Notes: generated by a model not told the origin, from the sequence alone. 64,000 nt of DNA from Octopus vulgaris (GCA_951406725.2 OX597837.1:20894001-20958000); one strand, 5' to 3'; positions 40,931-55,005 are shown, numbered from the stretch's first letter. A program made the numbers and translations.

Positions 40931-42793
40931 ATAGTTTTACGGGAGCAGAAGTGTGTGCAAAGCAGACGCTGGTGTCGAGCTGACAGAAGCGTTTTCATTT
41001 TATTTTTTCAAAACTGCTTTTTCCTTCTGCTTCTCTTCCTTTACCTTTCCTGATTTCTCTTTATCATTCCCGCGCGCACACACACACATTTTTATTAGAC
41101 GGCATAGGTACTTTCTCATTTTGGCACAAGGCCAGGAATTTTTATAGGAAGAATTAAGTCGATTACATCGACCCCAGTACTCAACTGGCACTTATTTCAA
41201 TAACCCTGAAAGTTATTAAATGAAAAATCGACCTCTGCATGATTTGAATCAGAACGTAGCAAGTCGTAATAAGGATTTTACCTGCTTGCCGCATTTTAAG
41301 CAGCTTATATTTAAACACTGTAATTATTAAAATTCCTCATTTTAAGAAGATGATATCTTCGATATCCAGTATGCGGTTTCGTTGGAAAAGCAGATCTTGA
41401 AGCACATAAAGCTATAAATAATAGCTATAAATAACGAGTTGAACTCCACCCTCCTTTTGGGTAGAAAATATCGAAGGCCACCCACATCTCATACATAAAT
41501 TAGAATCGGGTCCTTAGGGTCCATAAAACCGGGAGGCTCCTGAGAAACTGGTAAGTGTGACAATTGATTAAAACAACATTGGTTTAACCCAATGTCACAC
41601 CTAATTAAGCCGACATATAATCAAAGCATTTCCCAACTGTAAAGATTGTTCCCCTTACACAGAAAATGTACATCCAGGACCAACGTTCTCCAATGTATTA
41701 GTCAATTATAAAGATTGTATGTTGTTATTTGCGAGCACTTGACTATTATTTCTAGCAGGTGCGGAGACAAAATAGAGAGTTCTTCGTTTACTCGTAAACT
41801 TACGATTTCGTGGTAGCTTAGCTGCGGATAAAATATCTTCCAGCCTAATTTATCTGGTATTTTAGTACATCCAAGACAATAATGTATTATATATTCTTCG
41901 ATTTTTAAGAAGGAAGAATATGGTTTCAAGGAATTTAACTTCTATTTCCAACAAACTAAATGACTAGCTTATTGACACAAATGAAATTACCGCCAATCCT
42001 GATACATATTCAGTCAATCAAAATCTATTACTCTGGGATTTGAGTGTGAGAAAGAGAGGGAGAAGCAGGGAAGTAACTCTCTCAATAATTATAAAGATTC
42101 TAAGGGAAATAACTCCAGTATCGAAATATCCTCCGTTTTAATTTTAGGATAGTAATGACGATATATCCAAGTTTTCGTCGCTCGAATCTGCAAACTTGTC
42201 ACTGACAATCTCTGTAATGCTGTCAATGACCAGATCCCAGATTCGACGAAAATTTTGGCACCATTTTAACAAACCTTGTTTAAATAAACAAGCATTGAAG
42301 CGCCGACTAAATAGAAATAGTTTTAGAAATGAAGGAAGTCTCGAACGCAAAATAGCCGCAAATATGGCTTTTTTTTTTCTTTTACAAAACTAAGCAAAAT
42401 ACACCTACAGACACATAAAAGTTGCCGGCAGCCGCTGTAGAGAATCTCAAAAGGTATTCTGTACCTTTTGAGATTCTCTGTAAAGAGAATCTCGTGGTCA
42501 TTACTGTGGGACGATGGCATTTATAGAATTCGATAACATTTATAAGCATCAGCTTTGAGGCTTTTGTTGTCACTGTTGTTCTTGTTGCTGCTACTGATGT
42601 TGTTTGTTGTTGTTGTTGTTCTTGTTAAGCAACAAGATGGGTAAGGGTGATTAGGTGATGGTCTAGGGCTTAGGAGCGGGAGTCCCTAGACCTTGGAAAA
42701 AAAAAAAAAAAACTTTGGTTGTCTTGTAGTCGAGGGCTCTTCGTTGAAGCCCGACACCACTGGGAGGTGGCCCTCGAAGTCGCTTGAACGGCT

Positions 42794-42824
<31 letters not shown>

Positions 42825-42860
42825 ATGACGATGATGATGATGATGATGATGATGATGAGT

Positions 42861-42995
<135 letters not shown>

Positions 42996-43222
42996 ATGAT
43001 GATGATGATGATGATAACGACGACGATAACGACGACGATAATGTTCCTGCTGCTGTTGATGATGATTGCTCCTAGCCATCACTGACTGAAGAGGGACATG
43101 TCACGAATGTCCCGTCCCTCTCCCAAGCAATGTATATATCTGGTGTTTACATGACTCGGTGCTTCCCTTCCCACAAATACAAAATCCTATGATGGAAGGA
43201 TGGGAAAAAAAAAACAATAATG

Positions 43223-43385
<163 letters not shown>

Positions 43386-43410
43386 CCCCACTGCTCTTAA
43401 CCGTGGGCAC

Positions 43411-43488
43411 GGGCATATGGTGTAGTGGTTAAGAGCGCGGGCTACTAACCCCAAGATTCCGAGTTCGATGCCAAGCAGTGACTTGAAC

Positions 43489-43555
<67 letters not shown>

Positions 43556-43700
43556 TCGAAGAATGCCTTGGGAATGAGAACCTAGGTTCGAAATTTCCCC
43601 AAGATACCTGAAGAAGGCTGGAGGGTATATCAGCCGAAACCTTGTGTTAGCCACAAACAAGATGAGGACAAATATTCGTCGAATGTAAATAATGTAAATT
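43411..43700 (+). mobile_element. Composite element: tRNA-derived Pol III head + (AAT)n + hammerhead-bearing tail
   Basis: Box A TGGTGTAGTGG and box B GAGTTCGATGCC, then (AAT)n at 43489-43555 and a hammerhead at 43603-43648. Confidence 0.7.
43603..43648 (+). ncRNA. Minimal hammerhead motif with stem III CC instead of CG
   Basis: GATAC-CTGAAGA-a-GGCTG-gagggtatat-CAGCC-GAAA-CC-TT-GTGTT. Confidence 0.6.
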
Positions 43701-44129
43701 AGAAATAATTCAACTGTATTTCAACGGTATGAAACAGAAATAAATAAATAAATAAATGAATGAATAATTGAATAAATAAATAAACGTTTGGAGTTCGGAC
43801 ACTCTAAGAACACTGAAATTCATCCAATGGGTTCAAAACATTATTGATGATGATTTCAGAAAATCAATGAGGGCCGGTGTCAGAGGGAACCTTCGGAACT
43901 TTGGTGCGTGAGTATATTCGATACAAGCTGTATGTACCGAGTAGAAGGCAATTCGTGTCTGCAAAAACGGAGACAAACCATTTTATCCGTGACACAAGTG
44001 GCAACTTAACGGAGGTTAGAAAGCCTCTCGAACATGACATGGTTTGGCTCTCTCTCGTGGAAGAAAAAAGAAAAAAAATTCCAACCAACGTCAAAAGTCT
44101 AACGGGGGAAATAACTGATGGTTATGAGC

Positions 44130-44340
44130 AGATCTATTTGATGACGCATGCGTGATGCGCACTAAGTTTCCAGGAACGCTGATGGTTTTAGAAATGGTGA
44201 GTAACGAAGGTCATATCATGCCACCTCACATTTTTCAAAAGGGTCGTAGAGTTATTACTGCTGGATACGTTTAGTAGCTGGAGAGTGTTGTTAAACCCTG
44301 GAGATGTGAAGTACGCAGAGGAAAATCAGCCAACAAACTT
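44130..44340 (+). mobile_element. Tc1/mariner transposase fragment
   Basis: VSNEGHIMPPHIFQKG.RV..AGY..LESVVKPW. Confidence 0.55.
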
Positions 44341-44433
44341 TCGTTTATAATGCAAAGATGATAAGTAAAGTTATGAGACTTTAATGGTTTAATGAAATAA
44401 CAGATAAAATTTGTTTTAATATTTACAATATTA

Positions 44434-44637
44434 TAGGCGCAGGAGTCGCTGTGTGGTAAGTAGCTTGCTTATCAACCACATGGTTCTGGGTTCGGTCCCA
44501 CTGCGTGGCACCTTGGACAAGTGTCTTCTACTATAGCCTCGGGCACCCCCAAAGACTTGTGAGTGGATTTGGCAGGCGGAAACTGAAAGAAGCTCGTCGT
44601 GTATATATATATATGTGTGTGTGGGTGCGTGCGTGCG

Positions 44638-44693
<56 letters not shown>

Positions 44694-44890
44694 TCCCCCT
44701 AACATCGCTTGACAACTGATGCCGGTGAGTTTACGTCCCCGTAACTTAGCGGTTCGGCAAAAGAGACCGTTAGAATAAGTACTAGGCTTACAAGGAATAA
44801 GTCTTGGGGTCGATTTGCTCGACTAAAGGCAGTGCTCCAGCATGGCCACAGTCAAATGACTGAAACAAGTAAAAGAATAAAAGAATAATA
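44434..44890 (+). mobile_element. SINE family A, full length
   Basis: Matches 298-778. Confidence 0.9.
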
Positions 44891-44901
44891 AAATTAAAAT
44901 C

Positions 44902-45237
44902 TAACATTATCTTCATTGAAATAACGAGGCTTCCGTTAAAGGTTTGAACATAAGTGGTTCCCGGCGATTTGGTGTTGGAAGGTTTCTTAAAATAAAAGAA
45001 ATAATTGAATATTGATGTAATTGCTAAAAAAGAGAAAAAGAACAACAAAAATTAAAACAAAGACAAAAACCGGAATCGGTGGAATCTCACCAAAGAGCCT
45101 TCCATACTCAATTGAGGATAAAAACTAGAAAAGGCAATTTATTGTTACGCCTTGCGAGATTTTCTTTTTTAATGTGAAATTGTTTGTTGACAAAGAAACT
45201 AAAATAATAATAATAATAAAACTGAAGCGAAGACTAA
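44902..45237 (-). mobile_element. Second copy of the Helitron 5' non-coding segment
   Basis: Near-identical to 48151-48487. Confidence 0.8.
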
Positions 45238-45589
45238 GTCCATAGAGCGTGTGTTTAATTGGCAACAGACGACCGTCCCCAAGTATAACAATACGATTTC
45301 TTGTCTTCTTTATCGAATCCAAAACTATGTACTTGCGATGCGACCTTCGTAACAATACAGTAAGGCATGTACAAAACTTCAACAGATTTACATACCATAA
45401 GTATTTTATAATTCATTTCGACAGTATATGATGCAACTGAAAGATTTTTTAGGTTAGTATATCTTCCTTGTCTACTATTACCTAATACTGAGTAGAAACA
45501 TTAAAAAAATTTCCAAGGGAAATAACTCTTATGCAATTGTTATATTAACCTCCCTTGATTCAAGTTTAAATTGTTTTTTATAGCGATAT

Positions 45590-45780
45590 TCTTTTACTCT
45601 TTAACTTGTTTCAGTCATTTGACTGCGGCCACTGGAACACCGCCTTTAGTCGAGCAAATCGACCCCGGGACTGTTTCTTTGTAAGCCTAGTACTAATTCT
45701 ATCGTTCTCTTTTGCCGAACCGTTAAGTCACGGGGACGTAAACACACCAGCATCGGTTGTCAAGCGATATGGGGGGGAGG

Positions 45781-45821
<41 letters not shown>

Positions 45822-45980
45822 TATATATATATATACATATATACGATGGGCTTCTTTCAGTTTCCGTCTACCAAATCCACTCACAAGGCTTTGGTCGGCC
45901 CGAGGCTACAGCAGAAGACACTTGCCAGTGGGACTGAACCCGGAACCATGTGGTTCGTAAGCAAGCTACGTACCACACGA
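45590..45980 (-). mobile_element. SINE family A
   Basis: Reverse-complement match. Confidence 0.85.
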
Positions 45981-46009
45981 TATGTATTTTCTTATTTTAA
46001 CATAATAGT

Positions 46010-46355
46010 AGTTTGTTGTATCTGGGGAGAGTCATTCTCTTTTAGTGCCTTATCCTTTAACACACTCACCGGTTACAGTTCCACTCATTTACTTATTTAT
46101 TTTTCCTAAACATTTTCGTTGCGTCTTGCAACGTTTTCAATTGTCGTTGTCTCTGTTATCCGAGATACGTTCTTTACGTTTGTTTGTGCGCATGCGTTAG
46201 TCAGTGTGCGTGCGCATACACATATGTATGCATGTATGTGTGTGTATGCATGTATGTGTGTGTATCCATGCACACATGCATGTACGTGTGTACGTTTGTA
46301 TGCGTGTACTCTGCATATTCATGTGTTTGTGTGTTCGTAGGTGTGTGTGTATTTG

Positions 46356-46408
<53 letters not shown>

Positions 46409-47235
46409 CTCTGTCTCCTTGTGTATGTATGTCTGAATGTGTGTGTGTATTTGCATGTATGTGTACTGCTGTCTCCTTGTATATGTATGTTTGAGTGTGT
46501 GTGTGTGTGTGTGTGTGTGTATGGGTTTTTGTGACTATGTACTGCATCTGTTATGTATGGATTTATGCCTCCATATGTCCTTGTGTGAAGTGAAGAGTGT
46601 GTGTGTATGTGTATATGGTCGCGTGTTTTAGTCCTCATTTGCGTATGTATGTGTGTTTGTGTGCTTGCTTGTTCATGTTACCTATGTATCTATCTATCTG
46701 TATGTCTATCTGCTTACATTCATATCCATTTACCCATATGTATATGCATATACTTATACATACATTTATACATATACACACGCTTACACATACACACACA
46801 TACATACATAGATACATCTACATAACAGCCCACTAACTATTCTAATTGTATATATATATATATATAAATAAATATAAACTGCGGGTATAGGGTTATGACT
46901 ACCTACTACGTATATTTCCAATATAATACTGGGGATGTTTTATTTATGAAGACGTACTCCTGTTTTTGTCTGAGTGTTGAGTCCTTCGGATGCTTGAGTA
47001 ACATACGGATGTCAAGTTGACCCAGGTTGCCTCCATCTTGGTCCTTGGCATGTTGGAAGAGTATAGAGGATTGTTTTTTTGTCGGATAACGGACAGAGTC
47101 AACAATTATTGAAAAGGTTGCAAGACGCAACGAAAATTTTAGAAAAAAATAAATAAATGAATGGAAACTTAACCGGTGAGTGTGTTAAATAATAATGCGC
47201 TAAAAGAGCATGACTCTCCCCAGACGCAACAAAAT
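46010..47235. mobile_element. Two inverted copies (46010-46145 and 47100-47235) of a Penelope-like module with a decayed hammerhead
   Basis: TTGAAAA-gGTTGC-aagac-GCAAC-GAAA at 47108-47135; the mirror copy is at 46113-46140. Confidence 0.5.
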
Positions 47236-47508
47236 ATGCTTCAACACACGAACTCGCATAAAGAATCTTGCAGACCAAATCCAAAAACGAAATGTTTTCT
47301 ATTAGCTACTCGATATATCCACATTTGATTCCAAATTCTAATAATTTTTATATTTTACGTCTAATTATTTCTTTGTATAATAGTTCTCATTTGCTTAGTA
47401 AATGTTGCTTTCATTATTTTATCACAGTCATTAATCTCTCTTTTTTAAAAAGTCAATCTGTTGTATATATTTATCAATAATAATTGATAGAACTTACATA
47501 GGTGTGCG

Positions 47509-47621
<113 letters not shown>

Positions 47622-47658
47622 GGATGGATGGATACACACACACACACACACACACACA

Positions 47659-48489
47659 CAAGTCTGGTGCTGTGAGAACACATGGGGATGCTGTTTCCTT
47701 ACTTTTTCAAATATAACCAAATTTAAAATGATTCTAATACAACGATATCATTCATTCGGCATGTGTTGAAATATCCCAAAACAATTTGATTCCACACAAA
47801 TATATGTTACTTTACATATAATTTCTGTGTTAATTCTTTTTACTGAAACTTGCTAAAAAGCATATTTTGCTTTAACGTAGTATTTCTCTGTAGACTCAAT
47901 TGTCAGTAATCATACTGTTTCGATTTCTCTCAGCCAATATTTTTACATTAGCCGTCTTTTGAACTCTAGATAATGCAACATACAGCTGACCATGCGAGAA
48001 GAATTGTGTCGGAAGATATATTCCAATTTGTTCAAAAGTCTGTCCCTGTGCCTTGCTGCACGTCAAGACAAAAGCTGGCTTGACTGTCTTCAATCTGTTG
48101 ACAAGACCAGATCAAGACGACTGGGTGGGGGGCGAAGGTAGTGAAGCAAATAACATTATCTTCTATGAAATAATGAGGCTTCCGTTAAAGATTTGAACAT
48201 AAGTAGTTCCCGGCGATTTGGTGTTGGAAGGTTTCTTAAAATAAAAGAAATAATTGAATGTTGATGTAATTGCTAAAAAAGAGAAAAAGAACAACAAAAA
48301 TTAAAACAAAAACAAAAACCGGAATCGGTGGAATCTCACCAAAGAGCCTTCCATACTCAATTGAGGATAAAAACTAGAAAAGGCAATTTATTGTTACGCT
48401 TTGCGAGATTTTTTTTTTTTTTATGTAAAATCATTTGTTGACAAAGAAACTAAAATAATAATAATAATAAAACTAAAGCGAAGACTAGA
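47659..48489 (-). mobile_element. Internally deleted Helitron retaining the PIF1-helicase C-terminus
   Basis: KPAFVLTCSKAQGQT..GIYLPTQFFSHGQLYVALSRV..N*VYREIL. Minus-strand 5' end A|TC at 48489 and 3' end CTTG|T (CTRR-like) at 47659. Confidence 0.85.
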
Positions 48490-49141
48490 TGTCTTATTTG
48501 CTTCATCTTATCCTCTGATTTCCACAATGCGTTACTGCAGTCGCCTTCAACTTCATTGAACCATGGATCCAGTCTTTACATGCATAGGTAGGCAATACCT
48601 AGTGTGGCGCCGAGCTGGCAGAAACGTTAGCACGCCGGGCGAAATGCGTAGCCGAAAGACTGTCACGCATTCGTCATCGGTTCTTAAGTTAAAGCAACTT
48701 CGCTTGAAGAGTAGAAGATGGGTAATACAAAACAAGACACAAATGTTATAACATTAAATGAAAATGTTTTTAGGTGAAATCGAAGTGTAATGATCATCCT
48801 CCGTAACGATATTCAGCTTTATGAAACGCAAAGTTGCTCTCTGTTTATTGTGACGTTGCTCTTACGTCAAGAATATGGAACTGAACTTCATCGCGTTAGT
48901 TTTACCTTCGGCCAAATAGATTGTATAAACTGCAACTAAAGTTTTCTAAACAAAATATAAATAATTCCAGTAGACCATTATTAATTCTATTCGGTCTTGT
49001 CCCTCTCCGTCTGCAATTAGTTTCGCTAAAGGTATCTCTAATTAATCTGATAATTTTCTGTATCTTATTTTATTTTACTCTTTGTATGTATTTTAGTGCT
49101 TAACGATTGCTTAAATGTACAGTTAAGTATTAATTTTTAAT

Positions 49142-49659
49142 TACCGTAAATCCTCGAGTATAATACGCATTTTTCCCCAAAATGTAATGGTCAAAATCAT
49201 CCCTAGTACGTACTGTATACGAGGTTAAAAATGAAAAATATTTTCTAAGCAATGTCCGAGTCTCTATTTGCTGTCCGACAATGTTTATTCAGACGCATTT
49301 TGTGATGTCAGGCATGAAAATACCTTAAGCTAAGCCTGAAAGCAATGAAGTCATAAAAGAATCATCCATAACTTGCAGTAAGCAACATTTGTTAAACGTT
49401 ATTACTGTTATTTCTTTATTTTCTGCAAACAAAATGCACAAAAAAGCTACACGTTTGCATTATGTTATATATACAATAATAATAAAGGACGTTACCATAT
49501 ACATTTTTACAAACCAAGGACGTTATATAGACCTCCTTGACTCAAGTTAGAGAAGGGGTGCGTATTATACACAAGGTTTAGGTTTTTCAGAGGTACAGCC
49601 CCCTAAAAAACCCCTGCGTATTATACTCAAAGGCGGACTATACTCGAGGATTGACGGTA
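49142..49659. mobile_element. Tc2/pogo-type MITE, copy of 22216-22716 in opposite orientation
   Basis: Same TIRs and internal sequence; TA flanks. Confidence 0.9.
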
Positions 49660-50079
49660 CTATTTTAGTATGTCAGAGATGATCCTTCATTTAAGAAGAT
49701 ATGGTATGAGTTGAGAGAACTTGGATGCCACTCAGAGTCCCCTTCGTTGGATTATTTATATTATTTTTGTTAACTTCCTCGTATTGACTGAAATAATGTT
49801 CTTGGAAATGAGTGTTTCTTAAACGCTAATATCAGCCCCAACCAAAAATTTGGTAAAAGTTTTGCATCTCACCATCACTTCATTAATAAAATAAGATCGT
49901 CTGCATCCATTACAATTCTTCTACCTTCGTCACGGCGTTGAACAAGTTTAAATATTTTTAAGCTATCTCTTTTTCTTAAACAAAACAGTTTGTCTGCTCC
50001 CCTTTTACTCCTCACAACCACTTCTTTAGAAAAACAGGACTCTAAATTTTAACTGTTTGAACATTCAGGCGTGCTAATA

Positions 50080-50470
50080 TCCATCCATCCATCCATGTAA
50101 CCATCCAATTATTCATTTTCGTCACCCACTGTACCAAGGGAGCGGTTCGTGAAGGTAGAGTCCTCAGGCACATCCTCCATGGGTCCTATCAGAAGAAACC
50201 TCCATTAGACTTTCCGGTTGACTTCTCAAGTATGACCAACTGAAACTATGATTATTATCCAACCATCTCGTTCCCGATCTACCGCTAGATCGCCTGCTAG
50301 TTGGCTCAGCTTTAAGAAGTCATCTTGCGATTCTTTGTTGCGACATTCTAATAACATGTCTGTACTACAAGAGCTGTGACGGCTCAATGCGGAGAAGTAG
50401 AAGCTGGACCCGGAGAGACTCCCTATCCTACCCTAATGAGTAACGGTACTACTTAATGTTATGTCGCACG
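50080..50470 (-). mobile_element. RTE-like LINE 3' fragment
   Basis: Minus-strand EPTSRRSSGRSGTRWLD and a (GGAT)n tail. Confidence 0.55.
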
Positions 50471-50612
50471 TTCGGATGCCTTCTACTCAACTCGACTCCG
50501 ACTGCTACTACTCTACTCTTCTGCTCTACGCCAACTCAAGTCTTCTCGACGTCTAGGCTTCTCCTTCTATATCTACGTATTGGGTTAGCCTACTTCATCG
50601 TCTGGGGGTGTC

Positions 50613-51140
50613 GACACAACACTTAAATACAGAGGTTCCGACACATCTACGTAACGATATAAGGGGGGGGTAATCCAGTTTTACCAAAACTACTACTGTG
50701 ACTTCACATAAGCGGTCCTTGTGTAAGTCGAAATGGGTATATTTCAAGTTAGAACTATTGCAAACGATCCGAAGAAGTTGGTAGACTTTTTCAAAAGTCA
50801 TGGTGTGTTACGTACAAAACGTTTTAAATGTACGTTGCGTGGACGTGTAATGACACTCTAACCCTAACCCTAACTAACCCTAAAACTAACCCTAATCCTA
50901 ACCCTAAAACTAACCCTAAAAACTAACTCTAAAACAAACACTAACTAGCTCTAAAACTTATCCTAACGAGTGTGCACTGTAAAAACATCAGATTAAAAAC
51001 AGATAATATAGTGGGGGGGGAAAGATAGGAGTAAAAACAGACGATATTGTGGGGCCCCTTACATCATTAACAGTAGTTTTGGTAAAACCAGATTATATCG
51101 TTACGTAGATGCATCGGGACCTCTGTATTTAAGCGGTGCC
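50613..51140. mobile_element. TIR element (possibly Merlin/IS1595-derived) with an internal telomere-like repeat
   Basis: TIR CTTAAATACAGAGG..CATCTACGTAACGATATAA..TTTTACCAAAACTACT is mirrored at 51072-51133. Peptide MGIFQVRTIANDPKKLVDFFKSHGVLRTKRFKC is followed by (CTAACC)-type repeats at 50857-50965. Confidence 0.7.
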
Positions 51141-51410
51141 CGAGTAACGTTACTCCAGAGATCATTCGGAAGACCCCATTTTGGTTGCTTGTATTTGCGA
51201 TTGTACACATTCAGTCATTACCCAACATTTATAACCATAGAATGAAGAGAGCTTGTTAATATAATGAATTCATTAATTTTTATTTGTAATTCTTTAAGAA
51301 ATTTTATAACATCTGAGTTTTTCTTTTTCTGTACACAAAGAAAATACCTGAATCCGATATAGAACTTCCTAGTTTAACTAGATGACTGCTACACAAGAAA
51401 CATAACTGAT

Positions 51411-51460
51411 ATGTATCATTTACCTGAAAGTTTGAGGACAGACACCGATTATGAACAAAA
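51411..51460 (+). CDS. Candidate first coding exon of the coiled-coil gene (MYHLPESLRTDTDYEQ-K, ends phase 2)
   Basis: Donor GTAAGT at 51461; the phase matches the next exon. The start could instead be an acceptor at 51381. Confidence 0.5.
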
Positions 51461-51712
51461 GTAAGTTTCTTACTGAAGATTTGTGTTAGCTAAATGTCTT
51501 TATAGATTAAGTGGAAAGGGATGTTGATAGAAACAAGAGGAAACCTATAAAATCCTCGTAGCCAGCGGTGGATGATCATGTTATGGCTTAGTAAATTTTA
51601 ATCTAAAACCTTTGTCACATAATCTCTCTCCCGCTCTCTTGTTCTTTCTTCCTCCCCCCTCTCTCTCTCTCTCTCACACCATATATATCTGTTTTTCTTT
51701 TCTTTCTCATTC

Positions 51713-51748
51713 CTTTCTGTCGAAGAGCGTAGGCTCGAAACGTCGAAG
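51713..51748 (+). ncRNA. Minimal hammerhead variant (CUGUCGA core)
   Basis: CTTT-CTGTCGA-a-GAGC-gtag-GCTC-GAAA-CG-TC-GAAG; a more decayed copy of the same module is at 60672-60707. Confidence 0.5.
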
Positions 51749-51835
51749 ACTTTTTCCATTCTTCTCGAGCTTTAAGCCAACACACCTGCTTGTTGTTCCT
51801 TCACCTATCTTCGTCTTTTGTTTTCTGTAAATTTG

Positions 51836-51971
<136 letters not shown>

Positions 51972-51973
51972 AT

Positions 51974-52015
<42 letters not shown>

Positions 52016-52017
52016 GT

Positions 52018-52098
<81 letters not shown>

Positions 52099-52114
52099 TA
52101 TATACATACATATG

Positions 52115-52158
<44 letters not shown>

Positions 52159-52169
52159 ATCACAAGCAC

Positions 52170-52393
52170 ACGAATGAGTCCTGAGAAGTTGCAGGTTTTA
52201 TGGATGTCGCCACAAAAGGCCCGTTTGGAGTCCCAACATACCGAGTTCTTTTTCAGGCCTTAGAAAAAACTGAAGGACCACTGCAATAAGTGAGAGAATC
52301 TGAGAGGGGAATATGTTCAATCAAATCGTATTTAACTGATCCTTCTGTATATTCTTTTACCCAAAGCCAGGAACTTTTCAGCACCCCCTCGTG
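52170..52393. mobile_element. Mariner-type MITE
   Basis: Ends with CCAGGAACTTTTCAGCACCCCCTCG; same family as 60318-60531. Confidence 0.75.
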
Positions 52394-52414
52394 TGTTTAC
52401 TCGCGCGCGAGTGT

Positions 52415-52500
<86 letters not shown>

Positions 52501-52738
52501 GAAAGCGTATGACTTAGTGGTTAGGGTGTTGCAATCATGATTATGAGATCGAGGTTTCAATTCCCAAACCGGGTTTTGCGTTTGTATTGTAGAGTAAAAT
52601 ACTTCATTTCATTTCAAGTAGCTGTGCGATCATACCGTCACCTGGCATGTCATGCACCTGTACAAGTAATGTGGTTGTTCAGCAAGGAATTGCAGATCCC
52701 TCATAGATCGTCCAACGACGGAAGATATATATATATAC

Positions 52739-52789
<51 letters not shown>

Positions 52790-52790
<1 letters not shown>

Positions 52791-53570
52791 CCGGTAATTT
52801 GACTCCTGATAAGTTCACTCCTGATATCAAAAACATAAAATAAAACGTCTAATAAAGATAAAATTTAAAAAATATAGTAAAAAATAAAATATTACCAAAA
52901 GCTTCAGTAACGATGAAGGTTATGAACTATTACTCGTAAAAAACCCCATCCATCTTATTTTCGGGACAATATCGCTCAATAATTATCTGCAGCCGTTTGT
53001 TCATATTTTTATACAGAATTTCTCTCCCCATATCGCGGTTCACCTATCGCGGTTTATTATGTAAGCTTACATCGATTCTTCCGTGGTGTTCTTTTGCATT
53101 TATAATGAAATAAACATATGCGAATTATAAAAAATAATATAAAAAATATATATACTGTTTCTACTTCGCGGATTTTCACCTATTGCCGGGGGTTTTGGAA
53201 CGGTAACACCCGCGATAGTCGAGGGATTATTGTACTTCTTTTTAGTCTCGCAGAACTCACCTGGATCAAATTCAACCTTTCTCACAAAGAGTGCCGAGTG
53301 TTCTTCCCTTTTTAATGCAGTAATTAATTTCCATACGTTCGGAGATCTGCGAGACCAAATAAAAGTAGAAAGATATAAACAAACGACTAAAGAAAATAAG
53401 ACGGATTTTTTTACGAGCAATAGCTTATAACCTTCTTCATTATTGAAGCTTTTAGTAATATTTTAATGTTTTACTGTACTTTTTATTTTATCTTTAGTTA
53501 ACGTTTTATTTTGTTCTAATATTTGGAGTGAAATTACCGGGAGTAAAATCGATTGGCAGTTAAATTACCG
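52790..53570. mobile_element. Fold-back element with a nested Tigger/pogo-like MITE (~53014-53232)
   Basis: Arms 52790-52947 and 53400-53570 are inverted; the inner element ends CCGCGATAGTCGAGGGATTATTG-TA. Confidence 0.7.
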
Positions 53571-53767
53571 GGAGACAAATTAGAACTTTATTTATATTGT
53601 GGAAAAGGGAAACTGGATGAGGTTAACTGGAACTGCAGAGGGAAAAAATTACATATACCTGTTTGGATTTCCGAAGGACGTAACTCTATTGGATAAGAAG
53701 ATCAAAGCAGAGTGTTTAAAGCAGAGACTACTGGGTGAGGAGGGAAGGCAAAATATAGTGATAGACT

Positions 53768-53970
53768 TGGGCAGCGAGTTGGCAGAACCGTTACCATGCT
53801 GGAGCAAAATGCTTAGTGGCATGTCGTCTGTCTTTACGTTCTGAGTTCAAATTCCGGCGGGTTCCCCTTTGCCTTTAATCCTTCCGTGGTCGATAAAACA
53901 AGTGCTAGTTGATTACTGAGGTCGATGTAATCGACTTACATACTCCTTTGAAATCGCTGGCCTTGTGACT
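53768..53970 (+). mobile_element. SINE family B
   Basis: GGCAGCGAGTTGGCAGAACCGTTA..GAGTTCAAATTCC. Confidence 0.75.
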
Positions 53971-54267
53971 TACATAAGAGTTGAGGTTCTGCTTGCAGAC
54001 ACCTATGACAGAATATAAGGTGCCAAGCTGTTCAGTAGCCTATCAACTCAGTCTTACACATGAAATTGTACAAAGAATAAATTTTATTAATGTTTATAAA
54101 ACTTTCAATCCTTTCTCTGATTGAAATTTAGCCAAAAAGGGTCTTAGCGTTTCCTAAAAGACCAAAACAACTCAAATACGTTTAAGATAGACAAAATAAA
54201 ACACCAATGAAACAACAGGTTGAAATAAGTTTCACTCTTCTCAGTTTACTCTTCTATTCCCTTTCAG

Positions 54268-54451
54268 AGGTGGGCTTTTCTACAGAACATGTAAACTAGA
54301 TTTAAATGTGGTGCTTAAGCGTGTAGATACAGCGATTAAGGCCCGGAATGACAACTTCAAAAATCTACTTAAGAAAATTTATTTACATATTGAAAAGAAA
54401 AATAGATTATATCAGCGACAGAAGTCAGCTGTTGAAGAGCATTACAAAGAG
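54268..54451 (+). CDS. Internal exon of the coiled-coil gene (K-GGLFYRTCKLDLNVVLKRVDTAIKARNDNFKNLLKKIYLHIEKKNRLYQRQKSAVEEHYKE)
   Basis: Long polypyrimidine acceptor CTTCTATTCCCTTTCAG, open frame, donor AG|GTCAGT; phase 2 in and phase 0 out. Confidence 0.7.
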
Positions 54452-54685
54452 GTCAGTGAGTTTGATTTCCACGTTTTCATCTATAAAGATTTTATTGTTA
54501 ACAAGAGAGGAAGCTGTTTTATGGTTGTTTTTGACAGATCAGTATAGTAGCAAAGTCTGGTGTCCAGAGAAAATGATGCTCCTTACCAAGCAGACTTGGT
54601 AGGGTTGCCCGTTTCTTTGCCGATCAGGTTCTATTCATTTTTAACATCTCTGTTACGGGTTACATACAATGACTAGCCGTAAGTA

Positions 54686-55005
54686 AGGGCGCGTGGCTCA
54701 GCGGTTAGGATATTCGGTTGACGATCTTAAAGGCGTGAGTTTAATTCCCAGTGGCGCGTGCTGTCGTTGAGCAAGACACTTCACTTCACGTTGCTCCAGT
54801 CCAATCAGCTGGTATAAATGATTAGTACTTGTGCTTCAAAGGGCCAACTTCGTCACATTCTGTGTCATGCTAAACCTCCTTGAGAACTACGTTAAGGGTG
54901 CACGTGTCTGTGGAGTACTCAGCCACTAGCACACTACTTTCATAAGCAGATTGTTTCGTTGATCGGATCAACTGGAACACGCGATGTCATAACTGACGGA
55001 GTAAC
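54686..55005 (+). mobile_element. tRNA-derived SINE
   Basis: GGGCGCGTGGCTCAGCGGTTAGG head; same family as 24667-24960. Confidence 0.8.

Noticed and set aside
43411-43490. Functional tRNA gene with an apparent ACT anticodon
   Set aside because: The acceptor stem does not pair and the sequence runs into (AAT)n; it is a SINE-type head. The same applies to the other tRNA-like heads.
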